A stretch of DNA of 64,000 nt, from IMG/VR virus record IMGVR_UViG_3300021387_000075. The stretch is one strand, 5' to 3'. The notes under the pieces were generated by a model. That model saw only the letters and a program-made list of their open reading frames with translations, was not told the DNA's origin and made no database searches. Every line of letters starts with the position of its first letter. Within the stretch, counting starts at the first letter, position 1. Both the position numbers and the translations under genes were made by a program. This document shows positions 43,344-58,397 of the stretch, one piece after another. Origin of the DNA: a virus. Its lineage: Duplodnaviria; Caudoviricetes.

Positions 43344-45803
43344 TTAGAGTTCGAGAAATTCTGATGAGAGTAATTCAGAATTTTTTCTAATTTTCGCTTT
43401 GTCCATTTGTTCAATTATATCATAAAAATTAGCCTAGCCTTGTTTTGTGAACTAAGCCATATTAGATGTAATATCATATAATCGGAAGTTAGTAAGATAA
43501 AGGTCAGTTCCTAATGCGCCAGTACTAGTGTAGCCCCAGCCAAAAGTTAAATGACGATAACTTAAATAAGTTGTTCCTGCCACATAGGCTGAATATGCAG
43601 TAGTACACGGCTTACTAATAGCGTCTGTTATTTTAAAAATATAGAAACAATCTTTTTCCCCGTTAAAATCCGCGGGAATACCTTCATTTACAATCGTAGT
43701 TGGTGAAGGCTAAACACCGCCACCACCCCAGCCCATATTGTTAGTCCAGCTCCATGTAGTAGCATTAGAACTTTTTCCGCGAGCGTGGAAAGCCGCGATA
43801 TAAGTATGATTTTGCTATAAATGCCACCAATTATCTCGAGCGGTATCATAAGCTGCAACAGTATTTACAGATTGATTAACTAATTGAAGTCCGCCCCACA
43901 TAGTATTACCATTAGCAGATTGAGTAAGATTAGGCGGCCGATAAATATGATAACCATCTTCTACTAAATTAACTTGACAATTCGCTTGTGTATAACGACT
44001 AAGCCCATTAGTAAATTCTAATTTCGTTCGACTTAATTCAGCAGGAAATAGGATATTATCTTGATGCTCTATAAATTCATATGCATGGGTACCACCTTTA
44101 TTATCAATTTTGGCACCAGTATGATAAAGTTCGAGAATATCGTCGGCAGATAGGGCGGTTGCATAGATGCGGAAATCCGACATTAAACCATTATAATATG
44201 TATTATAATATCCAATATAATTAGTAGAAATACTATAAGCTATAGGAGTTACGTTGTTATTTGAGGATTTTAATATACCATTCTAATATAATTTAGAGCC
44301 GTTTACAGTATCAAATGTTGCACAATAGTGAACCCAGCCACTATCAGTTGTAATAGCGGTGCCAGTAATAGTTGGATAATTAGTTCTATAAACAGCAAAA
44401 GTTGGGGTACCATTTGTCGATAATTCACAGGTAATTCCAGACCAAGCCGTATACATGAACTATCTTGTGCCCGTATTTGCATTTCGTTTCATCCAAAAAC
44501 TTATAGTTAATTCACTAGGCGTTAAATTTGGCACCTAAATTTTTGTATTGCTCCCATTAAATACAGTAGAACAAGAATATCTAGCAGTATCTGAAGATAA
44601 GCTAATAATGCCGCTTGCAGTACCATGATGCCCATAACCACTATTATCATATATAATATTGGTTTCTCCTGCCTCACTCGCCGCTGGCGACCAAGCGCTT
44701 GGGGCTGCACCTTTTTCAAGTTTTATACCACAAATATAAAAATTTTTACTACTAACACTATTTTCTAATCGCCATTGTAAATATGTAACATCAGAACCTG
44801 TAATTTGTACTGTACCCCAATATCGTTTCCATTGAGTACCATCTTCAGAGTTATTAACCCATATAAAGCCAGAAGAAAAATTACCGCCTAATATTGTTAA
44901 TCCAGTTGTTACATTACCTAGGTTACTCCTATGAACAGATTGAATATTACCACCAGAATCAACTTTTCCCCAAAAAGATATAGTAAAAATATCTCCTTGA
45001 GTGCAAGAGATATTCTATGCTAAACCGCCCCAAGTTGTACTTTTTTGTTTAACAGTAAAATTCTAATAAGTTTCTGTTGCGGTTGTCCAGGCTGAACTAT
45101 TGATCCATGTACCAGTGAAATTCTATGAGCCTATATATAAATTATTATTTATATTAGCAGGCTAATCCAACTTATAATGCAACACTAGTCCCTACGCAAT
45201 TTCTCGCACTTCGGCCGCGGACAGACAATGATCATATATTCTTAAATCATTTATACAACCGTTAAATCCAAAATATCCGCCCGCATATGTCTCTCTACAA
45301 ATACCAGTCCAATTCGCATCGCTATCAAATGCGGCCTATCCGGACTTTTCTCCTACATAAACTCCATTTTTATAAAGTTTACATACTCCATTTTCAAAAG
45401 TAGAAACTAAGTGCGTCCATTGATTAACTGGTACTGGGCAAGAAATATAATTATTGTATCCGCCGCACAATACGTCTACTTGTGAATTATCTTGACTTAC
45501 GCCAAAAGCCCAACGTTTTTTGTTCCAGTCACCAGAACTTAAAATTGTACCGTTATAATGAGTATGTGTTCCTAGTGGTTTTACCCATACAGCGACGCTA
45601 GCCGCAGTTCTAAGTGTTGATACTAGATTATCTTGAATCTATAATCCATTAGTTATCTAAGAAGATGTATTTGCGCGCTAATAGCATTGTCCTATTTTGC
45701 CAGCCGTAAAAGTAGGGGATGCTTCAAATGCTGTAATTGTATAATCAGTACATCCCTAATTCCTCAAATCCCCATTCAGCGGCAACCATACCTATAAACT
45801 CAT
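43344..45803 (-). CDS. LamG/concanavalin-like tail protein
   Basis: MSL[Q][11 protein letters not shown][Q]G; [16 protein letters not shown]; [15 protein letters not shown]. Confidence 0.8.
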
Positions 45804-46051
45804 CTCCTCCCACCTCCAATAGGGGTAATCCTAAAATGGATTACCCCATTTTGCATTGAGTAGGAGGCTCTCATACAATCCATAAATATCTCTTCTAATT
45901 CCTCATCTTTATAAAGGGTGGCGAATGCAAGGTTATCATCTGAAAGTTGCCAGTATATCTAAGAATCATTACTCTAAATCTCGAATGTACTGTAGTTTAA
46001 ACGCTCAAGGCCCTCAAGCTCAGTGCCATCGGCGAGTACGAGTTTATACAT
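45800..46051 (-). CDS. Small hypothetical protein (2 TAG)
   Basis: MYKLVLADGTELEGL...; fills the gap between neighbours. Confidence 0.6.
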
Positions 46052-46070
46052 TATGTATCACCATCCTTAA

Positions 46071-49000
46071 TTAAAATATGAAGTCGAGAGACTAATCAGT
46101 TGTATTATATTGTAATGTTACATGTCCTGCTACATTATATTTAGTAGCATACAAGAAGCCATTTAAATTTAATCTATCTGTCCTTGTTGGGGCAGTAGTT
46201 GAAGTATCGAAACTTAATTTAGCTTGCTATGCTGTATATGGAGCATATGTTATAGCTGTACCGGAATTAGAACCATCTAAGATATTATCTGTAGCAGTGG
46301 CGGTATTATTATCTGCAGGAGTCTTAAAAATAACAGACTTGCCACCAACGGTTAAGGTATAAGCAGTATTTACGGATAAATTGACTGTCGCGGTACCGCC
46401 AGATGCAATTGTCGGGGCGGCAGAAAGATTGGTTGCGGTGGTTGCAGTATCTGCGTTACCCTATAAAGCTCCAATAAATTTATCAGCCTTAGCATTTCCA
46501 TTAACTGTTAATAGTGTGTCTGGCGTGAGCGTTCCAATTCCAACTTTTCCATCAGACGTTATTAACATACGGGTATAAGCGCCATTAGCAAAAGAACCAG
46601 TAGTCGCGAAATGTAATCTTAATCCATATGCACCTGAGGACTACCAGTAAATTCCACCATATGAAGAAGTATCAGTACCAATTGTAATACCACCTGCATT
46701 ACCATCATTAATTCCTGCTCCAGAACCTGATCCAACTGTAAAATGTAAATCTTTAATTGCAGTACCAATTTTATGATTAGTATCAATTCCTAGTGCCGAC
46801 GCCGCAGTTTGTTTTAAAATATTAGACCAAGTATTATCTCCACGATAAAAGACTTTTGTTGTATTGGCGGCATTATCTTTAAATTTAGTTGCTGTGGCTG
46901 CATTACCGGTACATGATTCGGCGCTGCCGCTAATATTCCCTATAATTGTATTAGAAAATGTTTTTATTCCAGCAATCGTCTAATCTTGATATGTGTTTGT
47001 TAAATCTTCTGGAGCAGGAAACCAAGTCTATGATCTATTAGTACCGCGTACAACCACTATGTCGGATAAAGTAACAGTAGCATTATAAGTACCTTCAAAA
47101 TCAACAAATCCATAAGCAGAATTATTATAATAACATGTTCCAGACCAAAAAGTCCAAGATTTATTTGCAGAAATATCAAAGTTGCCTACGCTTGTATCAC
47201 TAATATTAACATTAATAGTAGTACCAGAAGAATAATTTTCAACTTTATACCAAAAACTAATTGAATAGTAACCGGCGGCTTCGGCTTTATAAGGATTATC
47301 TGAATAATTTGAACCGCCTGAAAATACTATTCTATTTAAATTACCAGAAGTTAATTGTTTACCATGGGTCCATCTAAATCCAATAATTGAGGAGCTATAT
47401 ACATTACGTGCAATTAAATTACGCATACCGCAAGTCTAATAATAATTGGCGTCTTGATTATTTAATTTATTCGCGTTAGTTGAATAAGGTACGGTAAATG
47501 CATCGCTTGTTTTTCCACCTGCTGTTACTGTTATATTATTGTCACTTGCTGCGAGTGAAGGTTTAGCAGAAAGGTTAGTTGCAGTAGTTGCTGTTGTGGC
47601 ATTACCAGAAAGATTGCCACTAAATGTTCCACTAGTAGTTCCACTAATGGTTAATCCAGTTGTTGCCGCATTAATGCGAACATCATAATCTGCAGTATTT
47701 CCGTCAGTTGTATGAAAGTCAATATATTTTCCGACTTCTAATACACCATCGCTACCTATAACGGGAACTAATCCCCAAGTATCTTTTGTGCCCGCTGGAG
47801 CAGCATTGTATGTAGCTATAGAACCTAATCCTAAATTAGTTCTAGCATTTGCGGCAGTAGTGGCACCGGTTCCGCCGTGGTCTATTGCAACAGTACCTGT
47901 AACATTTGCAGCAGTGCCACTTACATTCCCCGTAACATTGCCAGTTACATTTCCTGTAACGTTACCAGTCAATGGGCCACTAAAACCGTTTGCAGTTATT
48001 ACTCCAGTAGAAGCAGTAACATATACTCCACTAATATATTTTGGAATACCATCAGCAGCATTAGTAGACGATACCCAAATATTATGTTGTGAAGTATCAG
48101 TTAAAGCTCCTAAATTACCATTAATACGGCTAGCGGTATCTGCATTACCTTTAAATGCTGAGGCATACAAATAGCCATTAGACGTATCATATCTTAAGGC
48201 ATTATCATAACTATTTTCAGTTCTAGTACTAGCCGAACCCATTAAATAAAATGATGTCCCTAGAGTACCAAAACTAAACCAGCGTCCAACTTTTGCAGAT
48301 TCCGCACCAGATGCCCAAGTATTAGTTGCTCGTATCCAAGGATTGTAACTGCCAGTATTTGAATAATCAGCTATATTAAGCGCTCCATTCTAATAACGTT
48401 GTCCATCAATCCATGATGAAGGAGTGAGGACTCCATTAAATTTTGTAGAATAAATAGTTGCCCATCTATTATCAGAAGCTCCTAAGTTTTGTTTATTATT
48501 ATTCGCCGCTTCTGCTTTTTGCGGTATGATACTGCCATTGGTATCAATTGCAAGCCCTATACGATTCGCAGCAGCATCTGCATAGGCATATATATAAACA
48601 TTCGAATCCGCGCTTAAAAATAAATTTTCACCACTAAAAGTTGAACCTTTGGCAGAATAAATTGTAGATGCAGATTCACCTGCACCAATAAATGTATTTC
48701 CACTAGAATTTATAACCATATTAGCATTATAAGTTGTAGTATGATCATTATAAACTGCTATATATGCTGCAGAAGTGGCAATTGATTTATCTGTATCTAT
48801 TACTGTAAAATTAATTCTTGCTGGATAGTTCTAAGCAGTAGTGCCTGAGCGATACAATGTTAATTCATTAGAAAAGCGTCCTATACCATTTACATCTAAT
48901 AAGTAAGCAGGAGAAGTGGTACCAATACCAATTTTTCTATCTGCCGCCATAAATATGGCTGTGGATAATGTTCCACCTGTACTAGAGCTCCAATCTGTAC

Positions 49001-51995
49001 CATTACCTATGTATAATGTACCGTTTGCGGCTTCTAATATAGTAGGTTTATTTGTACCACCACTGTCCTAATTACCCATAAGAATACATTTTTGACCAGA
49101 GGTACTTGTAATTTTTAATGCAGTTCCTTTTACTGTAAGATCATTATTCACAGCAAGAGTACTATTGATTGTAGTAGCTCCATTAATATATGATGTTCCA
49201 TTTACATAGAAATTATAACTTGTATTCTATCCATTAACGCCAAAGCGCGTCAGTGCATATAAACCATTACTATTAATCTCAGCAAACTATGTACGAGACG
49301 ATACTGTATCTGTAGTTCCTGTAGAATAATAGAATAACGTTTTAGAAGTAAACGTTCTTGAACCATAGCCAATATATAAAGAATGATCGGTATGTATTTC
49401 ATTTTTTCCTGCATCTAAATGACGCATAGAAGTTGCAGTTGAATCTAAAATTCCAGTAAAGATCGTCGACCATTTATAACTACTATTACCTAAAGTATAA
49501 GTATTATTAGCCCAAGGAATGATGCTACTCTCGCTTAAAATAGCACCACTTGGGTTACGTAATGACCAATGCCCTGCTGTCCAAGCTTCTGCTGTTGTAA
49601 TTGCAGTATTACATATATAATAATTTTTATCATACCAAACAACATCGCCAACAGCGTATGTTTTAGTTGCATCATATACTGCAATTGGTGAATTACGAAC
49701 ATTTAAGATCAATCCTTTAGACTAAATAGCAAGCCAATCATCATGAAATTCATTAAAAGCTACATAAGGGCCATCACCTATTAATAAGGAAGTAACATAT
49801 GGAGCGGTACCTGCCTAATTATTATCATTATTTGCATTTCTTAAACGTATAGTATTACCCCTAACTTCAAAATTGCCTGTAAATAGAGATGAGCCATTTA
49901 CTTTTAGTGTATGACCAGAATCGGTAAAATTCTAGCCAACAGCCATACGTCTACGTGCAACAAAGTCTGGAGCTGTAACTGCTAAATTCCCTCCAGTATT
50001 ATTGCTGCCATTTTTCCCTACAAAATGAAAAGATGAACCACCGCCAGTTAAAGCGCCATCATGATTTGTAAACAATATAGCGCCAGAATCTGATTCATTA
50101 TTAGTTTCAGAAAATTCAATTCTTGGACCGCCATCTTCAAAACGCATTACTCCAGCAGTATTGCTTGTTAAATCAGATGCGGTATTGCCATATGTAGTTC
50201 CATATAAATGTAACCCATTACATTTTTTTGCAGCATTTTGCACTGTAATATCTGTATCATTATATACTGTTATTTTACTAGCACTATTAATTACTCTACC
50301 TGTATTGCTGTTAAAAAATGCAATGCTATTAGTTGTACTACTCTCCGGCCCAATTACTGCCCCATCTTCATTAGTTTCAACAGCAGTCCAATGTGCAGCA
50401 TTAGCTGCCGTCCCATCAGTAACGCAGATAATTAAAGTACCAACTTCGCAATATCTTCCATTTGAATCAACAATTGGATAAGTTCCTGCGGTACCTACAC
50501 GATAAGTATCGCCAGCATTATGAGTAGCTGGTAACGCATTGGTAGCATTTATTACGCCCTTAAAAGTCATTGCATTCGCGGCGGCGAGAAGTCCATCCAT
50601 TTTAGTATTTAGAGTCTTAATCGCCTTAGGAGTTGCTGCGAGAACTTCAGAATCGCTGTCTGTTGCAGAACTTAATTTTGTAACTCCATAAGCACTGGTG
50701 GAAGCAGTTGCTAATGTAAAAGCTAATGCGTCAGCACTATTAACTGCGGTAGCAGTATATGTTAAATTATTAGTTCCGCCCCATGAGCCAGTTTTATGAT
50801 ATTTATTAGTATCCGTAAATACTGCATTAGCCGGGACAGCGGTTTTTACTGTGAGACCATTAACAGTTGCAGCATCGCCAGCAATAGAAATATCCCATGT
50901 TTTATTTGCTTTACCTACTTCTACTACAATATCTTTAGTTTTCCACTAAAATTCTCCAGTTTTCCAATCTGCACTGCCATTATGATTTCTAATTCTTAAT
51001 AATTCTTGTATGGTATCTGTATTAGAAACACGGCCAACTGCCTATATTATTAAACCACCGTCAACTGCAGTGCTACCAGTTCCTGGATTACTATCAATTA
51101 TAGAAAATATTCTTGCATCAGCATTTGTACCAAAATAATTATTATTTTGTGTAATTTCTAATCCTTCACCTAATCCGGTAAATTTAATTAAATTACTTGG
51201 TATGGTTAAATTATTATTAGAATCAATAGCGATACCTGTCGCACCAATAGTATTCGCTCCAGTAAATTTAGTTATATAATTTGCAGTACCACTACCAGTT
51301 ATATTATTAGTAATAGAAGGAGTTACTGTTACTGTTTGAGCAGTTCCTCCTGAAGGAGTAACAGTAAAACCATTAGTGCCATTAGCAAAAGTATAGGTAG
51401 TATTATTATCCTACTATGTAAAATTAAAAGTACTTCCATTTGAGCGTGTTGCTGTAAATGTAGTACCATTTCTACTAATACTAACTACTGGCGCACTATT
51501 ATCGCCCTATGGCGCAGTAAAATCATTAACTGCGGTATATCCACCTGGTAAAGTGGTGCCATCTGTAAAAGCTGTATATGTGGTTATAGTTGAACTTAAA
51601 ATAGGAATATAAGAACAATGCCAAGTCTACGCGGTACCAGATGCAATTCCCTAAGCCGTATCATATAGTTCAATATAAGCCGTTCCATTTGATGTAACAA
51701 CTCCACGAATACGCACTGCAATGTAATTAGTTGTTCCTAAGGTATTAATAAAACATTTGTTTGAATGAGAGGTAGTAATTAAAAAAGTAGCATTACATAC
51801 TACATTTCCGCGAGTGCATGAAACACTTAAAATACCACTACTACCTTCTATAGCTATAGTAGGAGTAATTAAACAAATACGGCTCCATTTTTGTCCCTAC
51901 GTAACTGCATTCCATTTATATCCTTTCTCACTATCTTTTAATAAATAAACCTTATTATCGGGAGTCTTTATCTAACTAATATATCCATCAGCCAT
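46071..51995 (-). CDS. Giant tail fibre protein (~1970 aa, many TAG)
   Basis: ORFs at 49932, 49287, 48390, 47436 and 47028 share the frame of ATG 51995 and TAA 46071; GNVTGNVTG, GGTGATTAANARTNLG, GNADTAT motifs; not every codon checked. Confidence 0.75.
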
Positions 51996-52010
51996 TTAGG
52001 CCACCTCCCT

Positions 52011-53114
52011 TTAACTTGGATGCGTTACCGTAATAGTAGTACTATTATTTAATCCGGCGCCGGTAGTTGGAGTACCTAAAGCAGTAATGGCATTCTTAGT
52101 GTCTTTAGAATTCCAAGCCACCCCTACATTAGTTTTTTGACTCGGAGTCGCGCCGGTAGTTACCTATACACGCCCTGTTGCAGTCGCGGAGTTAGCGGCC
52201 AGAGTGATAGCTGGGGCATTGAATGTTGCACCGGAGCCCATCGCGCTTGAAGTACTTGGTGTTCCTAATCCAGTTAGCGCATCCTTAGAAGTTTTTACGC
52301 TTACTGCGGTTACTACTGAACTTCCAGTTCCTGAAGAAGTAATAGACCCAGTTGCTACTGTAGTACTGTCTGAAGCGGCAGTAGGAATTGTTAAAGTAGT
52401 AGAACCAATAGTTAATACTTCTCCAGTTACTGAGGCAGTATTCAATACGCCAGGAGAAGAACTGCCACTTACACCTTTGATTGTAGTTGTTACTAATTTA
52501 TTAGTACTAGTAACATTTAATTCCTATACAAAACTGTCTTTGCTAGGATTCGCATAACCAGTAACCGCGTTAAAAGCTTTATTGTCATCAACAGTAGGTT
52601 TAGCAGAAGTTGCTCCTAAGTATGTCTAAGACAAGTTATTGTATGTCGGCTGGGTTACAGTAAATGTTGAATTCGCACCAATAACATCTGCTTTAGTTAC
52701 ATCATTGTATCCAGTTACAAAATTAGTTGTCTATTTATTTAAAGTAACATCAGTTACAATAGCTGTTAGTTTAATCTAAGTATCGCCAATTTTTTCCCAA
52801 CTATAAGTATAATTAGGATCAGTTCCTGCTCGGACTGTAACATATTCGTCATATATATCTAATAAAGTGGGGTCTTGTTGGGAAGAAGATTTGACTAAAT
52901 AAAATTTCCCTAAGGTGCTTGCACTTGCGGTCAAAGTGCCGGTCACTGTTCCCGCGACTACTCCAGCAGGTACATTGGCTGCGACTGCTGTACCGGTACC
53001 ATTCCAAGCAATTACAAAGACGCCATTTATGGCTGAACGCGCGGTTGCATCTTTTATATTATAAGTATTACCGCCGGGTAAAGTAATTTGAGAAATATCT
53101 CCGACTACTGCCAT
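52011..53114 (-). CDS. Thr-rich structural protein
   Basis: ORF fragments in one frame across TAGs; YDEYVT...WEKIGDT. Confidence 0.7.
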
Positions 53115-53130
53115 TGTTTTTCACTTCCTT

Positions 53131-53766
53131 TTATGAGCGATTGAAAATAAGATTTTCATTATTTATCTCGCAGTTAATTTTATTATTCCAAAAAGTGCGC
53201 TCCGCACTTGTAATATGCCGTACTTCATCATGAACATGGTTATCTAAAGTTTTTCTAATATCGTCTCCAACAAATGGAGAATCAGTAATAGCATTTATTC
53301 CATTACTAATTTTAATACCGGGCACTACAATTGTATCATCATTTTCATTAGTATAAGTAGATGCATCAGTATAGATACAAATCGTTCCTTCTGGCGCGAC
53401 ATAACTTGTATGACTTAGCCATTCCGCCGTAGTTCCAATCATTATATTTTTACCGGTAATGTCTCCTACTAACTCCCATCTAGTACCGGTATAAATAAAT
53501 GTATAGATATTACCTTCCGATAACATATTCGCGCCAATTGCTATTCCATTATAATAAATAGCTTTCGCGCCAGTATTATTAACATTTAAAGTTGCATTCG
53601 CGCCAACGGTTCCTACTTTCAAATTGACATATACACCTGCTGCCAATTCAAAATTACTAATTGCGGCGGTAAGTGCTGTGCTTGTACCGCCCGCAGTAGT
53701 AAATAAAATTGGCTCAATTAGGTGCGTGCTATTATCATTTAACTATACAGAATGTATATATCCCAT
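53131..53766 (-). CDS. Structural/tail protein
   Basis: ATLNVNNTGAKAI; start extended across a TAG. Confidence 0.7.
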
Positions 53767-53780
53767 TTACCTCACCGCCA

Positions 53781-54851
53781 TTATGGAGTTGCGCTATTAT
53801 CAGGCACAACTACTGTAGTGGGTGTTACTGTTAGAGAGGGTAATGTTCCTACACTTGTTATATTAGGTACTGACCTAGCTTCATAGGCTAAAGTGGGTAC
53901 TGTGCTATTAGTTAAACGTAATACTCCTTGATTTACAGTAGCATCAGAAGCGGTGCCTGCTTTCCAATCAGTGATATCATCCGCTGTGATTGCGTCTCCT
54001 AGAGTTGGAAGCGTACCTGCATTTAATGTACCGGCACTACCAATAACAGTAGTACTAGACTTTAATGCATAGCTGCCCTCATCACCTAGTAAAATCCATT
54101 GAGAATTTGCGGCATTATTACCCTTAGAATATACATATTCCTTATCTCCTACTAATAATACATCGCCAGCTACATAATTCTCATAACTTGTTTGCGCGTC
54201 AGGCAGAATTGGATGTCCTTCTGCGTCTTGCGCTGGAGTTTCCCCAATAAAGTGCATTGGCGCAGTTAGGTCTGTTAATCCTTGTGCGATGTTATCAACA
54301 TAATTCTTTGTTGCTGCGCCCATTGCAGAAGTAGGATCAGCATCTAATATAACTGGACCCGTAAATGTCCCACCGCTTTTTGGCATTGCTTGATCCGCTT
54401 TCTGTCCCTGTGCGGCAGTAGCAAAAGCACTTGTGTCCTCATATGCGGCTGAACCTAATCCATGTACTGCGACTTCTTCGCCTGCAACTTTAATAGTACC
54501 ATCAGTGGTACCTTCCTATACTAAAATACTATGATTAGCATACCATACTGTGCCGCTGCCAGTTTGAGACAATGTAAATGCTATTACATCATCAGCTGCG
54601 CAAACGCAGTTTCCCACAACTGGGAATGGATTGGTACTGCCAACTTTCAATGTAACTCCTGTAGTAACAGAATTACCATTTTCAAATCTAACTTGTACTG
54701 TAATGCCATGCATAATAGCATCAAAGTCTGGTAGCGTTACTTCCTTTGCGGCCTGGTTTGCCGCGACAGAACAGACGCCATAAAGTGTTGAACCTACTAG
54801 TACCTAATCACCAGTGGCTCCTATCTATACTTTACCAATATAACTTGCCAT
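53781..54851 (-). CDS. Structural/tail fibre protein
   Basis: GGTFTG, AATKNYVD, WILLGDEGSYA; fragments in frame. Confidence 0.7.
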
Positions 54852-54854
54852 TTA

Positions 54855-55394
54855 TTATTCCTCCTTAGTAACGTCTGTTACTACTGTTTTCTTTTCCCAA
54901 AGTAGCTCTGGCAATAAGCCATTACTTACTTTAAACACATTATTCTCCACAGATGCTTTGGTTGTAACCCCTGGAAGCCAGCTAACTACGCTTCCAACAG
55001 TTGTTTGCTTCACATCAAAATTGAAATTAGAAAGCTACGCATATCCACTCGCGGGCGAATAATGATATATTCTTTTTGTCTCTAAATCCACATATAACTT
55101 ATCTTCGGAACCCGGTGACGGAAACGCCGCGAAGTTTTCCTTCTTAACAATTTCAGTCTCATTTCCATTAAGGGTTCCTGCATCTATAAATGGGAGATTT
55201 ACTACATTAGTATTCCCATCTCCAACCTTTAAACGAGAAAAAGGGTGAGTTGCGTCTGCACTATAGACGATCAACTCACCCGCAAGCGGTACGAAACCCG
55301 CAGACCCGTCCCTAGGACCGGCCTTATTCCAATTGGCTTCGGTATCGCTTTTCAACCGAATTCTCGTCTTTATGGTATTATTTGCTGTTGCCAT
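54855..55394 (-). CDS. Structural protein with hyaluronidase/MTD-N-like N-terminus
   Basis: RIRLKSDTEANW...GELIVY...LKVGDG. Confidence 0.7.
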
Positions 55395-55426
55395 ATAAAG
55401 ACCTCCTTGCTATCGTTCCAAGCAAG

Positions 55427-57184
55427 TTAAATAACTTCTGTACTGTTGCCACAGTCTAGAATAACATATGTATCTGCCGTTTGTAATAAGCTACTAATAT
55501 TTCCTGTTACCGCTATATGCGATAACTATAACTTTTTATTAATCTATTCTACTTCCTATTTTCCATTTCCAAGAGGTACTTGCGCGCCTTCGAGAACATT
55601 TAAATTTAAAGCCGCCTAATCTAATACTATTCTTACTTCCTTATTAGCGTTAGGCGCCCATTCAACGTTGTTTAAGAAAATAGCCTCAATTTTATTTTCA
55701 TGCTCAGTATGAGGATCAGAAACAATATTTATTACCTTATTTTCATCAGGAACAAGCTCTTCTCCGTCATACTTAATTTTTTCAATTTTATTAACTTGCG
55801 CTTCTGCTTGAATTCCTTCTAACTTCGCGCGCGAACTATCATCAAATTCTTTTATCTATAAATCTACTGCACGATCTAAATTATTTACTGTAGCAGGAGG
55901 AACTTCATTACCATTCACTAGAATATGTTCAATAGAATTGCGTTGCGCTCCTTCTTCTATTTCATCAAGCTTTTGCTTTAATTCATCAGTAAAATCATTA
56001 GAGGTTAAAGATTTTCCTTCTACTTTATCTACTTTAGTACTAAAAGTAGTATCTAATCCTGCAATTTTGCTCTGCTAAATTTCTGCTTCGGCATCAATAT
56101 CTGCATCACGAATACTACCTTTAATAGCATAGCTGCCTTCGTCGCCTAGTAAGCGCCAATTGCTCCCAGTCCAAACATATTCTTTCTGTTCGGATAAAAT
56201 TACATCTCCTGGCTACGCCTAAGAAAATAAATAACCACCAATACGAGGATCAATACTGCTATTATTAGTAATTACAACACTTGCTTCGCCAATAAAATGC
56301 ATTGCCCCAGTAATTCCAGAAGTTGCATTATCAACATACGCTTTAATTACTGAATTAGGAACTAAATAATTATTAGAAGCAATGCTGTCTGCAATAGGAA
56401 TTAACCTAACCGCATCCGTACCATTACCAACTAAAACGCTATCCTCTGTTAAGGATGAACGCCCTGTTCCACCCTAGCTCACTGCAGCAACGCCAGTTAA
56501 GTCTTCAAATGTTGGGCGAGCACGCTCTACACTAACCTATCCATTCTCCTAGACAACGGCTGTAACAAACTAATGTTCTCGCGCGACATCTGCGTTCTAA
56601 ATTAAACTTAATATATACTGTACTTGTACATATACACGATTTAGTAAGGTAGGATAATCTTCTATATTATTGCGCCCAATCCAATTAACAACAGCAGTTA
56701 AGTCACTTAAATCAATATAATTACTAGTGTCTAAAATCCAAGGTGAATCTTCATTATTTTCTTTATAACGCAGATAATATTTATCTATATTTTCATCAGT
56801 ACCCCGTGTAAGCTAATAAATTCGCGGCGCGATATTAACATCCACATCGCCGCCAACTAAATTTTCTACGAAACTTTGTAGTCCTTCAATTTCCTACGCA
56901 CTATATGATGGCTTATAGGATGCTTTCGCCCAATTATATACATCTGCGGCGATTGCCTACACCCATGGTAATTCACTAAAATAGTGCGTACCATCACCTA
57001 TTTTAATACCAATAGCAGGAGGCGTGTTTTCTGGCCTACCGTTAGAAAGAGTTTCTATAATACGATTGTTGGGGAAAGCGCATATAGCGGCTTCCCCTTG
57101 CATCAGAATAACATCACTATTCATCCACTAGCTATAAGTACCATATCGTAGCTATATTTTAGTTTCTAGTATATGATCCGCCAT
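55427..57184 (-). CDS. Structural/tail protein (TAG-rich)
   Basis: IKIGDG, WRLLGDEGSYA, KVDKVEGKSLTSNDFTD; missing from the ORF track. Confidence 0.7.
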
Positions 57185-57201
57185 TGCGCTTCACCTCCTT
57201 A

Positions 57202-57927
57202 TTATGCAGTACCTCCATAAATAACTAATGTATCTCCAGTAGGTACATATAACTTGGAGGTTGAAACTTGATCAAAAGTCATAAAACCAGTATTCTAAAC
57301 TATTATGTAGTCCTGATCGGTCATTACCTTACCTTCTTGGTCCAAGGGTGCAGATTTAACTCCACCTAAACGGACGTTTGTAGCTACTTCTAAAGTAAAA
57401 GTACCAGAACCATCACCTGTTGCGCCAACCATATCCCAAGCGCCATTAATGACCATATATTCATCGTAGTGCGTACCATCAGAAGCAAGCATCATATATA
57501 ATGTATTTTCATCTGCTTCTGCGGCAGGCGGCAATTCCTCAACTACTGCGCGCCTTAAGTGATTCGCGGCAAGAATCTAATCATCTACATATTGCTTATT
57601 AACAGCATCAGTAGGATTAACTGGTGGATCGGTAATTGTTAAATGTTCAATTGCATCTCCTGCAATTGCAGATATTACTTCTAGATTTTCAGTAAACTCA
57701 TCGCTGAAGGTTAAGGAGCCATCCGCAAGAAGTTTAAAATAGCGAGTGTCTAGTTTATTTAAATAGGGCAAATGGGCCCAATCTCGCACACCATCGCCTA
57801 TTTTTAATAAGAAGGTATCAGACTCAAGGCCATATTCACCCGCAGCAAGGACCGGATTTCTAGTAAGCCAATCCTATGCTTCATCATGCCTAATTTGTAA
57901 AGTAACTTTTACTGTATTGGTTGCCAT
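57202..57927 (-). CDS. Structural protein with MTD-N-like N-terminus
   Basis: QIRHDEA[Q]DWLTRNPVLAAGEYGLE...KIGDG; DAVNKQYVD. Confidence 0.7.
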
Positions 57928-58397
57928 CAAGCCTCACCTCCATTTACAATTGTTTCTGCAATTAACATTGCATTTACTGGTATATATTCATTATCCCAAT
58001 AATATAAGATCTTTTCATTAAGATCAAAATATAGCATATCTTGTTTTCCAGTAGCAGGAAATTTATCAAAGGTATCAAATAAAATTTCTTTTCTGTTGGT
58101 TTCAAGATATGAGCCAAAATATTTATAAAATTCTTCGCGGCTGCCTGTATATCCACTTCCTGCGGCGAAAGCAAATAGCCAATCGCCCATAATCGCCAAA
58201 TTCTACATTTCCCAAGGATAGATTTGCGCGATAGCTGATGGATCGGGAAATGGTGGCATTAAGGCGCCACTATCATTATTATTTCCCCAAGGATAAACCA
58301 TTGCAAGCCCTCCGGCGCGAGGGTGCAATGGCATTATAGAGGGCTCGTATTCGAGTAAAAGATCTCTTGTTCTATGCCGTGTGTCTATATATCTCAT
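57927..58397 (-). CDS. Hypothetical structural-region protein
   Basis: Two ORFs join across TAG 58203. Confidence 0.65.
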